From contig NC_014148.1 in assembly GCF_000092105.1 (NCBI RefSeq), positions 2,910,001 to 2,942,000 on the forward strand: a stretch of 32,000 nt of DNA, given 5' to 3'. This document shows, one piece after another, positions 1 through 9,872 of this stretch (its first letter is position 1; each line of letters opens with the position of its first letter). Below the pieces are notes generated by a model that was not told the origin of the DNA, did not search any database, and saw only the letters and a program-made list of their open reading frames with translations. The DNA comes from Planctopirus limnophila DSM 3776 (GTDB lineage: Bacteria; Planctomycetota; Planctomycetia; Planctomycetales; Planctomycetaceae). Both the position numbers and the translations under genes were made by a program.

Positions 1-652
1 CTGCGGGTGGCCCGTGGAGCATGAAGTGCACAACAGACCACGCGTCTCGATAATCCCCTCCATCAAAGTCCGTGAGATTTCTCTTCTTTTCCAGAGCGAC
101 CAGATCAGGACGTCCACCAAATCGGCGAACCCATTTTGTCGATGAGTGGTGAGGATTCTGCGACTTGCGTTCCGCTTGCCTGACTTCAAAATACTCCGCT
201 AATCCCTCATCCAGCCAGAGAGGTACAAATGGCAAACAATTGTGCAAAATAGCATGCGTGGCCTCATGCCTCACATCGATATCCATCTCTCGATGACGAT
301 AGGCATAGATTCGTCCGGCGTCTTTTCCTTGCACGTACAATGCCCGACGATTGACGGCATTCGGAACTCGGACCGAAACGTGATTCACGTACGACCCGCG
401 ACTGGCAAAAAGATAGATCTCAATCGGCTGATCATTGGCCTTGAGCCTTAACGTCGCTTCGATCTCTCCCTGGAGTGCAGCCAATTCATCCACGAGCCCC
501 TGCACATCTCTCAAGGGAAACTCAGCGAAAATGGAGAGATCCCCCGCTTCATGACGAGACTTCCAATCATCGCCGCGCAGCACCATGGGAAACAAACCTG
601 CCAGCCAGCAGACCAGGCAGGTAGAGCAGGCGAGCATGTGAGGCCGAATCAT
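1..652 (-). CDS. DUF1570-like protein (putative MA-type metallopeptidase fold), partial; the 3' end runs off the left edge
   Basis: The stop lies outside the window, so the ORF track omits it. Reading the reverse complement from ATG (652..650) gives an open frame down to position 1. The N-terminus MIRPHMLACSTCLVCWLAGLFPMVLRG looks like a signal or anchor. Later motifs are IYLFASRGSYVNH, DIDVRHEATHAILHN, PLWLDEGLAEYFE and DYRDAWSVVHFMLHG. The HEATH plus EGLAEYFE pattern matches my recollection of the DUF1570 family common in Planctomycetes. Confidence 0.6.
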   Translation of the reverse strand, partial: MIRPHMLACSTCLVCWLAGLFPMVLRGDDWKSRHEAGDLSIFAEFPLRDVQGLVDELAALQGEIEATLRLKANDQPIEIYLFASRGSYVNHVSVRVPNAVNRRALYVQGKDAGRIYAYRHREMDIDVRHEATHAILHNCLPFVPLWLDEGLAEYFEVRQAERKSQNPHHSSTKWVRRFGGRPDLVALEKKRNLTDFDGGDYRDAWSVVHFMLHGPPA

Positions 653-794
653 CCCTGACCCCGCTCATAAATCCATCAGACTAACTTACGCGACATAGCC
701 ACTTTTCATGGAGTCATGATCGTCGGCGAGTTTGCCGAATTCGTCAACAGCAGCCTGCTGAGGCTGCATGGGAGGATGTTTTCTGATGAAAAAC

Positions 795-1034
795 TCAGTT
801 TCCAGCAGCAGGCATCACAACCTCTCGCAACCCAGATTGCGGGTCAGAAGAGGGGGGCAAATGCCATGCAGTCCACCAGGCACAGCCCACCATCATGGCA
901 ACCAGAATCACAAAGAAACCTCCCAGCAGTTGGCCGACAAGCCGACCTGCCGCCTGGTCCTCTTGTGCCAATTGAGCCACTTCCTGTGCAGAAAAATGGA
1001 CGACACTCTGGGCAACCGCTGGATGTTCCGACAT
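795..1034 (-). CDS. hypothetical small membrane protein (79 aa)
   Basis: This is the internal ATG of track ORF 795..1067 (-). GAGG sits about 8 nt upstream. There is one clear TM helix (LLGGFFVILVAMMVGCAWWTAW). Codon choice resembles the neighbouring genes. The competing plus-strand ORFs (716..1078, 768..1088) are low-complexity and Pro/Arg/Gln-rich. Confidence 0.4.
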   Translation of the reverse strand: MSEHPAVAQSVVHFSAQEVAQLAQEDQAAGRLVGQLLGGFFVILVAMMVGCAWWTAWHLPPSSDPQSGLREVVMPAAGN

Positions 1035-1379
1035 GCTTCCCGCCTCAACCCTGCAGAGATTTCGCAAATCATAACTGACGTGAATTGAACATCATTGAAC
1101 TGTCCAGCGAGGGAGAATGTCTTGTGACCAATTCCCATCTCACCGACTGAGAAACTCAGCTCCCCCCAAAAACATGGACATTCAAAAGTTTACCATGACC
1201 AGAACCTTCTGGTAACAAATCGACAGGCTGAATCTGGAAAATCAACAAGTTGCTTCCAGCTTTGAAATTGAGTTTGGTCCAGCTTTGTATTGCTGCCGGT
1301 TTTTCAGTACCTTCCGGAGAATTGCATTTCAAAAACCAATAGAGTTTTACTTGAAGATTCAAAATCTCGCGAGGGCCTC

Positions 1380-2627
1380 ATGGGGCCATTGGAATCAGGA
1401 CGATTGGCAACGCGAAATTTTCAAAGTACCGGAGATTGGATTGATCGGGTTGTGTTTGCAATTCGCTTCCTCCCCTCTGTGGCTGGAATTGCGTTTCATC
1501 CCAATATCCTGGCAATTGCGCTCGTTGCGAGCCTGATATTGCAAGGCTTCTCACTCAGTCTGTCCGCTCCGCCTCAGCAGAAGACCCCGGGATCTTTGTC
1601 TTTGGAGAGCCGGCAAAAGCTACCCCTTATTCCGGCGCGAAATCTTCCTCAAAGCATCACTGAGGCTGCGGTGTACCGAGAGGATATTACGAAACTTCAA
1701 AACAACGCCACTCCACAGGATACATCGAACTTCCTGGCATGGAACGCTTTCGAGATTACGTTTCCTCCCCTGGCCTATCCACTCTTGTGGCCAGATCCAT
1801 CCTCATGGTTGGCATGGGTGGGAGTTTTTTTGAACTGGGGGATATCCGGTTTCACAGGACTGATGATTGCCAGATCGACCTCTCGAACGCTGGCACTTCG
1901 CGAAGTGGGATTCATCCCGCTTTTACAAGAAGCGGCCCGAGGCTGGTGGACACTCTTTGGGGCTATCAGTCTGCTGTTGTTGACATACTTCGCCTGCCAA
2001 CTGGGACTCTCCGGACTGGCTGTCATGACCAGAATCCCGGTGGCGGGAGCAACGATTTCTGCCCTGGAATCGCCTTTAACCATTGCTGTCAGCCTGATTG
2101 CCGGTGGTGTCCTGCTCCTCGTCGCATATGCCTGGCCGATTCTGGCAACATGCTGGGCTGCCGATGATTGTGACGGATTTGGAGCGATCAGCCGCTCTGT
2201 CAGTTATCTGACAACCGGCTTTTTCCCGGCAGTACTTATGGGCCTGCTCGCTGTCATCATTGCCTGGATCGTGCTGTTTTGCATCCAGTTTCTGCTCTCC
2301 AGCGCAATGACTGCAGGCACGGCCTGGGCAACACCCGCAACGGCAACTGGCGTCTCGACCACCTGGGAGCAGACGTTGTCATTCGGATTGCTGATTGTCA
2401 ATAACGCGATCTTCCTCGCTGTGTTCTGGACAGTATTAACCGGATGGACGCTTTCCATCCGTCAGTTTGTCGACGCGATGCCTGCAGACAGCCCGGAGGT
2501 CTTTGACCGCGGGCTGAAACCACGAGAGACTTACCCCGTTGTTGGCCTGGCCGCTGTGGCGCCCCAGTTAGCTTCAGGCGATCTACCGATGGAACAAAAG
2601 CCTTTGTCTACAGACGAAAACGCTTAA
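1380..2627 (+). CDS. hypothetical polytopic membrane protein
   Basis: Track ORF 1290..2627 has many hydrophobic segments, for example [76 protein letters not shown] and [14 protein letters not shown]. The ORF opens at TTG 1290. ATG 1380 has GAGGG 4 nt upstream, so I prefer it. I recognise no family. Confidence 0.6.
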   Translation: MGPLESGRLATRNFQSTGDWIDRVVFAIRFLPSVAGIAFHPNILAIALVASLILQGFSLSLSAPPQQKTPGSLSLESRQKLPLIPARNLPQSITEAAVYREDITKLQNNATPQDTSNFLAWNAFEITFPPLAYPLLWPDPSSWLAWVGVFLNWGISGFTGLMIARSTSRTLALREVGFIPLLQEAARGWWTLFGAISLLLLTYFACQLGLSGLAVMTRIPVAGATISALESPLTIAVSLIAGGVLLLVAYAWPILATCWAADDCDGFGAISRSVSYLTTGFFPAVLMGLLAVIIAWIVLFCIQFLLSSAMTAGTAWATPATATGVSTTWEQTLSFGLLIVNNAIFLAVFWTVLTGWTLSIRQFVDAMPADSPEVFDRGLKPRETYPVVGLAAVAPQLASGDLPMEQKPLSTDENA

Positions 2628-2652
2628 TTCATCGGCCTTTTCAGGATTCGAT

Positions 2653-4242
2653 ATGTCTTCGATGACCATTGAGAACATGGATCTTTCACACCATGGGATT
2701 ACTGTCAAAACGGTGATCCGAAATGCCAGTCCGTCTCGCTTGTACGAAGAGGCAATACGCTTTGACCCGGGAACATCCATCAGCAGCACTGGCGCGCTGA
2801 TGGCTTACTCCGGAGATAAAACCGGTCGGTCTCCGCAAGACAAGCGAATCGTCAAGCACCCGCAATCGGAAGCGGATGTCTGGTGGGGCCCGGTCAATTT
2901 TGCTCTGGAAGAGCGGGCCTATCTGATCAATCGAGAGCGAGCCATCGATTATCTGAACACCCAGTCGAGGCTTTATGTTGTCGATGCCTATGCGGGCTGG
3001 GATCCCCGGCAACGACTGAAAATTCGCGTCATCTGTTCGCGGCCGTACCATGCCTTGTTCATGCACACCATGCTCATTCGGCCGACTGACGAAGAGCTTG
3101 AGACCTTTGGTACTCCCGATTTCGTGATCTACAACTCCGGGCGATTCCCTGCCAATCGCTTCACCACCGGCATGACGAGTCGGACAAGCGTTGACCTGAG
3201 CCTCGAACGTGGCGAAATCGTCATTCTCGGTACGGAATACGCCGGTGAAATGAAAAAAGGCGTTTTCACAGTCATGAACTATCTGCTCCCCAGGCGGGGT
3301 GTGCTTTCCATGCATTGCTCAGCCACTGAAGACAAAAAGACGGGGAGTTCCTCTGTCCTCTTTGGTCTCTCTGGCACGGGAAAAACAACACTCTCAGCAG
3401 ACCCCAAGCGTCTGCTGATTGGCGATGATGAACATGGCTGGGGCGACAAGGGAATTTTCAATATCGAGGGTGGGTGCTACGCGAAAGCCATTTACCTTTC
3501 AAAAGAGAGTGAACCCGAAATCTTTCAGGCCTTGCGCTTTGGGGCTGTGCTCGAAAACGTCGTTTACGACGATGCGCACCGGCATGTCGACTTCGACAAT
3601 GCCAGCATCACTCAGAACACCCGCGGTGCTTACCCTCTCGAATACATTGAAGGGGCCAAGATCCCCGCGATGAGTGGGCATCCCGAGCACGTCATCTTCC
3701 TGACCTGTGATGCCTTCGGTGTGATGCCTCCTGTCAGCAAGCTGACCACAGAAGAGGCGATGTACCATTTTGTCAGTGGCTACACGGCCAAGGTGGCTGG
3801 TACGGAAATGGGCGTCAAAGAACCCCAGGCGACATTCTCGCCCTGCTTTGGCGGGCCTTTCCTCGTCTGGAAGCCTGCTCGTTATGCCGAACTTCTGGCT
3901 GATAAGATCCGCAAGCATTCCGTGAAGGTCTGGCTCGTCAACACAGGCTGGGCCGGTGGAGGCTATGGCGTCGGCAAAAGAATCAAGCTGGCCTACACTC
4001 GAAAAATCATTGATTCGATTCATGATGGCAGCTTGAACAATGCCCCCACTGCTGCAGATCCGTTCTTTGGGATCCAGGCTGTCACGCAGATTGAAGGACT
4101 GCCTGACGAACTGCTGACACCCCGGCGGATCTGGAACGATGAGGTGGCCTACGAAACCGCCGCCAGGAAGCTTAAGCAACTGTTCGATGAAAACTACCAG
4201 GCGATTTCCGAGGGGAGAGTCTCCTCATCGATGGAAGGTTGA
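2653..4242 (+). CDS. pckA: phosphoenolpyruvate carboxykinase (ATP)
   Basis: A 529-aa ORF with ATP-PEPCK hallmarks: [14 protein letters not shown], the P-loop [28 protein letters not shown] and [12 protein letters not shown] sits 6 nt upstream of the ATG. A strong terminator follows directly. Confidence 0.97.
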   Translation: MSSMTIENMDLSHHGITVKTVIRNASPSRLYEEAIRFDPGTSISSTGALMAYSGDKTGRSPQDKRIVKHPQSEADVWWGPVNFALEERAYLINRERAIDYLNTQSRLYVVDAYAGWDPRQRLKIRVICSRPYHALFMHTMLIRPTDEELETFGTPDFVIYNSGRFPANRFTTGMTSRTSVDLSLERGEIVILGTEYAGEMKKGVFTVMNYLLPRRGVLSMHCSATEDKKTGSSSVLFGLSGTGKTTLSADPKRLLIGDDEHGWGDKGIFNIEGGCYAKAIYLSKESEPEIFQALRFGAVLENVVYDDAHRHVDFDNASITQNTRGAYPLEYIEGAKIPAMSGHPEHVIFLTCDAFGVMPPVSKLTTEEAMYHFVSGYTAKVAGTEMGVKEPQATFSPCFGGPFLVWKPARYAELLADKIRKHSVKVWLVNTGWAGGGYGVGKRIKLAYTRKIIDSIHDGSLNNAPTAADPFFGIQAVTQIEGLPDELLTPRRIWNDEVAYETAARKLKQLFDENYQAISEGRVSSSMEG

Positions 4243-4248
4243 TCAATC

Positions 4249-4285
4249 AAAAAACTCCGGGAGCAATTGCTCCCGGAGTTTTTTT
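4249..4285. terminator. bidirectional rho-independent terminator between convergent pckA and the P450 gene
   Basis: A perfect 10-bp GC-rich stem, ctccgggagc (4255..4264) pairing with gctcccggag (4269..4278), with loop aatt. It is flanked by A6 (4249..4254) and T7 (4279..4285), so it gives a U-tract on either strand. Confidence 0.9.
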
Positions 4286-4347
4286 GCTACGGACAGTCAG
4301 CATTTCTGGAAAACTTCTGACAAGTCTGCTCGTCTTAAATATCAAGT

Positions 4348-5805
4348 CTACGCAGCCTGACTCTGGTTTGATGCATAGTCATTGAGATCGACCAGTTCAC
4401 CAATGTTTCCACGCACGGGGACAGATTCAAACTTTCCGTCCTGTGCTTCAATAGTCATGGGGACTGGTGTAATCGGCCCGAGCATTGTCGAAATAACTTT
4501 CCCGCTGATTTCCGCATAGGGCTGAAGCTGGAATTTGAATCGCGACAAGAGCATGGGCATGACGGTTTTGAGTATCAGCATGCCGAGTGCGGCCCCGATA
4601 CACATTCTTGGACCGGCACCAAAAGGAAGATAAGCGTAGGGACTCGGACTGATGGTCTTCCAGCGATCTGGCTGAAATGCGTAGGGATCGACATACAGAT
4701 CACTTCGATGATGAGTCATAAACTGACTGAAAATGACTGTCTCACCCGTGCAGAGTTCCAGATTTCCGAGCTTCTGCTGGCAGGTCGAGAACCTTTGGGA
4801 ATAGGCAGAAGCGGGCAGGCACCGCATGCTTTCTTTAATCACCCGCTCTGTCAGGTCGAGTCGATCAAGTGCTGCCCCAAGAGGAGCGGCACCTTCTAAC
4901 GTTTCCAGTTCGCGATGAAGGTCTGTCATGACCCGAGGATGTTGCGAAAGCAGAAAAATCGTCCAGGCAAACGTGTGGGCTGTCGTTAAATGGGAAGCGG
5001 CAAACAACAAGGCTGTATGGCCAATCAACTGCTCATCGGTGATGGAGCCTTCGCCGTCATGAGCCGCCAGTAACATCGAGAGTGCATCATGGCTGGAGGT
5101 CTTTTTATGGCGACGGAGATCAATCATCGCCGCAATTTCGGCATCTAATTCGGCAGCAAAACCCAGGAGTTCATTGTAGCGCTCGGCTGTTTCCGGGCTG
5201 GAAATCATCGCTCCAATCCCGGCTTCATGATTCATACGAACCCACTGATCCGTCATACGACCAATCCGGTAGGCCATTTCCGGATTGTCGACACCAAACA
5301 GAATCGACGAAGTCACACGCAGCATGAACTCTGTCATTTCGTGATTGATATCAACCGTCTGACCGGGTTCCCATTTGGAAAGCAGTTCTTCTGTCAGATT
5401 AACAATCGTCGAGGCATAAAGCGGTACTGCCCGTTTACTGAATGCGTCCATGACCAGGCGGCGATTCCGACGATGCTCTTCGCCATTCATGCTCAGCAAG
5501 CCGCTCGAAAGTCGACGCTGAGGAGAGTTGCGGCCACCCCGCAAGGCAAAGAATCGGGAGTGGAAGTTGACGGGATCACTCAAGACCTGGTGATTCCCCT
5601 CGGCACAAAAGACAAAACTCAGCTTCTGCCCATCACCATGCAAAGTTGCATAATCGCCCTGCTCCCGGAACAGCCTCTGCATACAGGCAATCGGATCGGC
5701 AGGGAACTCCATGAGTGTTCCGGAGGCCAGACCATCCTTGTGAGAGTTGGCATGGGTCGGCACGAAATCCCCAACAACAGACCATTGTGAACGAACGTCA
5801 ACCAT
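4348..5805 (-). CDS. cytochrome P450
   Basis: Heme-thiolate loop PFGAGPRMCIGAALG (4594..4623), ExxR (KESMR), PERF-like QPDRW and I-helix LLFAASHLTTAHT. The track ORF opens at GTG 5904. ATG 5805 (MVDVRSQW...) has GGGAAG about 9 nt upstream and leaves a normal-length P450 of about 485 aa. The start therefore remains uncertain between 5805 and 5904. Confidence 0.92.
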   Translation of the reverse strand: MVDVRSQWSVVGDFVPTHANSHKDGLASGTLMEFPADPIACMQRLFREQGDYATLHGDGQKLSFVFCAEGNHQVLSDPVNFHSRFFALRGGRNSPQRRLSSGLLSMNGEEHRRNRRLVMDAFSKRAVPLYASTIVNLTEELLSKWEPGQTVDINHEMTEFMLRVTSSILFGVDNPEMAYRIGRMTDQWVRMNHEAGIGAMISSPETAERYNELLGFAAELDAEIAAMIDLRRHKKTSSHDALSMLLAAHDGEGSITDEQLIGHTALLFAASHLTTAHTFAWTIFLLSQHPRVMTDLHRELETLEGAAPLGAALDRLDLTERVIKESMRCLPASAYSQRFSTCQQKLGNLELCTGETVIFSQFMTHHRSDLYVDPYAFQPDRWKTISPSPYAYLPFGAGPRMCIGAALGMLILKTVMPMLLSRFKFQLQPYAEISGKVISTMLGPITPVPMTIEAQDGKFESVPVRGNIGELVDLNDYASNQSQAA

Positions 5806-6187
5806 GACGTAGATCTTCCCTGAATGACTGTTCAAGAATTTGTGTCCAGGAAACAAATACACGCGTCGATTTCGTGAAGTGTTTCTATGAGCGACAATTC
5901 TCACGGCAATGTCTTACTGACTTATGCTGCATCCTTACAAAGAGAACTCTTCGCCACCAGCCCAGATTCGCACTGGAATCAGTTTTTTGAAACTTTGTTT
6001 CCTGCCGCGAATTTACATCTCACATTCCTGAGTTTAGTTTGGCATTCATGACACCATTTTTTGATACGCTCCAAATGGTCGATGGTCATGGAGACTCCCC
6101 GAATCTCCGAAGGCGCGCTCAAGCCAAACTGAACATTTTTGTTAACGACGGCTCGAAATCCGTCCATACAGAATCGAAGGTGATTTC

Positions 6188-7654
6188 TTGACGTCTCCCG
6201 CAGAGTCCGTGAATGCTGCCAAACCGGAACACCACTCAGAAAGCGGATCCCATTGGCGGATTCTGATTGGGTTATTGGTCGGGATTGTGGCAGGATTGCT
6301 GCTCTACTACGCAACACTGGTTCTGGTTCCCGCTGCCGATCGAGCCGCCCCTAACCTGTTTCAATCGAGAGTGCTGTTCTGGAGCCAGGCGGCTGTCTAT
6401 TGGGCCGAAGGTTTCGGGAAACTCTTTCTCCGCCTGATGTTCATGATTGTGCTCCCGCTGGTCTTCTCGGCCCTGACTCTCGCCGTTGTGGAAATTGGCG
6501 ATCTGAAAAAGCTGGGTAGTATGGGGCTGAGGACACTCGGATTTACTGCCATTCTTTCGGTCTCAGCAGTGCTGATTGGCCTGACTCTGGTCAACACATT
6601 CCAACCTGGCAAAGCCATCAGCGAAGAGCAGAGAATCGCACTCTCTGAGAAGTACTCGACAGATGCTGAGAAGCGAGTGAAGCAATCTCAGCAGACCAAG
6701 CCCATCCGTGATGTCCTGATTGACCTGTTTCCAGAAAATCCACTTCAGGAAATGGTGGGGGCTGTGGATGGTTCGTCCAAAGGGGACGGCATGCTGGCCG
6801 TCATGGTGTTTGCACTCGTTTGTGGTATGGCCTTTACGACCAATCCCCAACAGGCAGCAGGATTTATCGGCTGGCTCGAAGGGCTTCAACTGGTCAGTTC
6901 GGTCGTCATCAATTTTGCCATGAAGCTGGCTCCTGTCGGTGCAGGATGCCTGGTCTTTGCGATCACCTCGACTTTAGGTTTCGACATCCTCCGAGTGCTG
7001 GCCAGTTTTGTGCTGACAGCACTCGCTGGTCTGGCTCTGCATCTTTTTGTGACATATTCGATTGTGCTGATTGTCTTTGCCCGCATGTCACCAGTGACGT
7101 TTTTTCGAGGCTCAGCAGAAGCTTTATTGACAGCTTTCGGAACATCTTCCTCCAGTGCCACTTTACCAACGGCCATGCGAGTCGCGACCGATGATCTGGG
7201 TTTTCCTCCGCGAGTGTCGAACTTCGTGCTGACCGTGGGGGCCACAGGAAACCAGAATGGAACCGCACTTTTTGAAGGGGTCGTCGTCTTGTTTCTGGCC
7301 CAGGTGATGGGTGTGGAACTCAGCCTGGCACAGCAGATTCAAGTCGTCATGATGTCGGTCCTTGCCGGAATTGGTACCGCGGGTGTTCCCGGCGGTTCGC
7401 TCCCTTTAATTGTGGTGGTCATGCAATCGGTCGGCATCCCGGGCTCGGCGATTGGCATTATCATGGGTGTCGATCGAATTCTCGATATGTCCCGCACGAC
7501 AGTGAACGTTGCTGGCGACCTCGTCATCGCCGCCTGTGTGACAGAATCCGAACGAAAAATCGAGGCTCGGAATCTGCTCGCTTCTCAACGGCTGGAAAAG
7601 CCAGCGACAAGCGTTGCCACAACGAAGCCTGAAGACGAAGCGAGCCCCTCTTGA
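6188..7654 (+). CDS. dicarboxylate/amino acid:cation symporter (DAACS, GltP/DctA-type)
   Basis: Family motifs GTSSSSATLPTAMRV, AGIGTAGVPGGSL and VDRILDMSRTTVNVAGD, plus multiple TM segments. TTG start with GAAGG 7 nt upstream. Confidence 0.93.
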   Translation: MTSPAESVNAAKPEHHSESGSHWRILIGLLVGIVAGLLLYYATLVLVPAADRAAPNLFQSRVLFWSQAAVYWAEGFGKLFLRLMFMIVLPLVFSALTLAVVEIGDLKKLGSMGLRTLGFTAILSVSAVLIGLTLVNTFQPGKAISEEQRIALSEKYSTDAEKRVKQSQQTKPIRDVLIDLFPENPLQEMVGAVDGSSKGDGMLAVMVFALVCGMAFTTNPQQAAGFIGWLEGLQLVSSVVINFAMKLAPVGAGCLVFAITSTLGFDILRVLASFVLTALAGLALHLFVTYSIVLIVFARMSPVTFFRGSAEALLTAFGTSSSSATLPTAMRVATDDLGFPPRVSNFVLTVGATGNQNGTALFEGVVVLFLAQVMGVELSLAQQIQVVMMSVLAGIGTAGVPGGSLPLIVVVMQSVGIPGSAIGIIMGVDRILDMSRTTVNVAGDLVIAACVTESERKIEARNLLASQRLEKPATSVATTKPEDEASPS

Positions 7655-7787
7655 TCCTGCAAGCTGGGCAGCCAGACGATCAAAAGTTAGACTCTACGGA
7701 AGTCTGCACACATTATGATGACTCGAACTGGCTGTGAGTCGATCGAGTTGTTCATCGAGTGATCGACATCTGCGAGAGGCGAATTGG

Positions 7788-9809
7788 ATGCTGGTGAATC
7801 TGGATTGGCTCAAAGACTACGTGAATATCAGCCTTTCACCTGAAGAACTCGGGGATCGCCTGACACATGCCGGGCTTAACCTCGAGTTTATTGAGCAGCG
7901 TGATTCTCAGACGGTGATCGATCTGGAAGTCACCAGCAATCGGCCCGATTGCCTGGGACACCTCGGTGTGGCTCGTGAAATTGCGGCCATTACCAAGCAA
8001 GGGATGTGCCAGCCCGAAATCAAGCTGCAAGAATGTGCTGATAAAGCCGCCGACCACATTCAAATCTCGATCGAGGATCAACAGTTTTGCCCCGTCTACG
8101 TCGCCCGTGTGATTCGTGGCGTCAAAGTCGGGCCCAGTCCGGCATGGCTGGTTGATCGTTTGAAAAGTCTCGGGATCGCCACCATTAACAACGTGGTCGA
8201 TGCCACAAACTATGTGATGTTCGAGTGTGCCCAGCCTTTGCATGCCTTCGATTTCCAGAAACTGGCTGGTTCACAAGTGACCGTCCGCAAGGCTCGCGAC
8301 GGTGAAACGATTAAAGCCATCGATCAGCGCGAGTACCGGCTGACTTCCACAATGGGTGTGATTGCCGACCAGCGAGGCCCCGTTGCTGTGGCAGGGGTCA
8401 TGGGTGGCTTTGAGAGCGAAATATCTCACGAAACGACGACAATCCTGCTGGAATCCGCCAGTTTCAACTCTTTGAGCGTGCGAAACACCTCTCGCTCTCT
8501 CGAACTTTTCAGCCCTTCGTCCTATCGATTTGAAAGAGCACTTGATCAGCATGGGGTTGCCTGGGCGAATGCTCGCTGCGCTTCGCTGATCCAGGAGCTG
8601 GCGGGTGGCGAAGTTCTTTCTGGAGAAGTCATTGCGGGTGAACTTGCCTCTGCATTTGGAAAGCCGATTGAGCTGAGATTCTCCCGTATTCCCGAAATTC
8701 TAGGGATCGAAGTTCCATCCACGGAAGTTTCGCAAATTCTGCAGCTTCTGGGTTGCCAGATCAGTTCCAGTACGCCCCAGACAATCACTGTGCTGGCGCC
8801 GTCGTTCCGCCGGGACTTAGTTCGGGAAATTGATCTGATTGAAGAAGTGGCCCGGATTTACGGGTACGAAAACATCCCCGAAAATGTGCCTGTGCCCCTC
8901 TGCTCCAGCCGTAAAACGACAGCAGATCGAGTGGCAGAGAAGGTTCGTCGCACATTGGTGGGATCTGGTTTTTTCGAGGCCATGACAGTAGCCTTCACCA
9001 GCGAATCTCAGCAGAACTGGTTTGCTCCCCGGAGTGTGACAACCTCATTAATGGTCGATCACTCGCGGCGGCGCAACGAGAATTTATTGCGGCAAAGTCT
9101 CGTCCCCTCGCTCCTCAACGTCCGGCGGGAGAATATCCGCCGTGGAAATCATGACGCGCATCTCTTCGAAATTGCCCGTGTCTATCTGGGAAGCGAAATC
9201 ACTGCGGATTGTGCTCAGCAACCCGCAGTTTTAGGCTGTGTCAGTGGTCTGCCATTTCTGGATCTCAAGGGGATTCTGGCAGCAGTCGCTATGGCCTGCC
9301 GATCAGATATTCGCCTGGAGACAACCGAATCCTCACTTGAGTCATTTGCCCCTTATCGAGGTGCTGAACTGTGGCTGAATGGTAAGCGATGGGGCTGGTG
9401 CGGAGAGCTGCATCCGGAGATTGTCCAGCACGCAGGCATGAAAGATCAGGTGACTGTTGCAGAAGTCGATATGGGACTTTTGGAGGCACTGTTTCAGGCA
9501 GCTCCGCAGTTCCGTGCGATTCCGCAGTATCAGTCCATGATTCGCGATCTGAATTTTTCACTGGCTGAAGAAGTCCAATGGATTGATCTTGAAAAGACCA
9601 TCCAGCTGGCAGCTGGGCCACTGTTGGAAGCCGTCCGCTTCAGCGGTCAATACCGTGGTAAACAACTGGGAGAAGGACAAAAGTCCTATCTGGCAACACT
9701 GGTCTATCGCTCTTTTGAACGGACATTAACCAGTGAAGAGGTCGATGAAATCCAGAAGAACGTGATGAATTCCTGTCTGGAGCACCACGGTGCTGTAGTT
9801 CGCTCTTAA
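7788..9809 (+). CDS. pheT: phenylalanine--tRNA ligase beta subunit
   Basis: PheT motifs read by eye: the N-terminus MLVNLDWLKDYV, VTSNRPDCLGHLGVAREIAA, ATNYVMFECAQPLHAFD, VAGVMGG, RRDLVREIDLIEEVARIYGYENIP and a C-terminal FDX-ACB-like end (RDLNFSL...KSYLATLVYRS). The track ORF opens at 7734. ATG 7788 has GAGG 8 nt upstream and gives the typical N-terminus. Confidence 0.95.
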   Translation: MLVNLDWLKDYVNISLSPEELGDRLTHAGLNLEFIEQRDSQTVIDLEVTSNRPDCLGHLGVAREIAAITKQGMCQPEIKLQECADKAADHIQISIEDQQFCPVYVARVIRGVKVGPSPAWLVDRLKSLGIATINNVVDATNYVMFECAQPLHAFDFQKLAGSQVTVRKARDGETIKAIDQREYRLTSTMGVIADQRGPVAVAGVMGGFESEISHETTTILLESASFNSLSVRNTSRSLELFSPSSYRFERALDQHGVAWANARCASLIQELAGGEVLSGEVIAGELASAFGKPIELRFSRIPEILGIEVPSTEVSQILQLLGCQISSSTPQTITVLAPSFRRDLVREIDLIEEVARIYGYENIPENVPVPLCSSRKTTADRVAEKVRRTLVGSGFFEAMTVAFTSESQQNWFAPRSVTTSLMVDHSRRRNENLLRQSLVPSLLNVRRENIRRGNHDAHLFEIARVYLGSEITADCAQQPAVLGCVSGLPFLDLKGILAAVAMACRSDIRLETTESSLESFAPYRGAELWLNGKRWGWCGELHPEIVQHAGMKDQVTVAEVDMGLLEALFQAAPQFRAIPQYQSMIRDLNFSLAEEVQWIDLEKTIQLAAGPLLEAVRFSGQYRGKQLGEGQKSYLATLVYRSFERTLTSEEVDEIQKNVMNSCLEHHGAVVRS

Positions 9810-9830
9810 ACAGGATTTTCGCCTGACGAG

Positions 9831-9864
9831 AGGCCACGATTTCCAATTGAAATCGTGGCCTTTT
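9831..9864 (+). terminator. rho-independent terminator after pheT, in the convergent gap with the lipoprotein gene
   Basis: A 13-bp perfect stem, aggccacgatttc (9831..9843) pairing with gaaatcgtggcct (9849..9861), with loop caatt, followed by TTT. It lies 22 nt after the pheT stop. Confidence 0.8.
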
Positions 9865-9872
9865 CCATCGAT

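Noticed and set aside
716-1088. Plus-strand ORFs 716..1078 and 768..1088
   Set aside because: They are Pro/Gln/Arg/Ser-rich and low-complexity, with no Shine-Dalgarno. The minus-strand frame instead encodes a clean single-TM peptide with an SD. Even that call is only moderate confidence.
1198-1213. A perfect 7-2-7 DNA palindrome, ACCAGAAccTTCTGGT, upstream of the polytopic membrane protein gene
   Set aside because: It could be an operator. However, a few 7-bp perfect inverted repeats are expected by chance in 32 kb, and I found no second copy in the window.
2686-4179. Two long minus-strand ORFs (2686..3315, 209 aa; 3499..4179, 226 aa) inside pckA
   Set aside because: They lie antisense to an unambiguous PEPCK reading frame. 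Their products are Arg/Gly/Pro-rich with no recognisable motifs, which is typical of shadow ORFs in a mid/high-GC gene.
5227-5790. A 187-aa plus-strand ORF inside the P450 gene
   Set aside because: It is antisense to a P450 frame with clear heme-loop and ExxR motifs. Its product is low-complexity and basic, so I read it as a shadow ORF.
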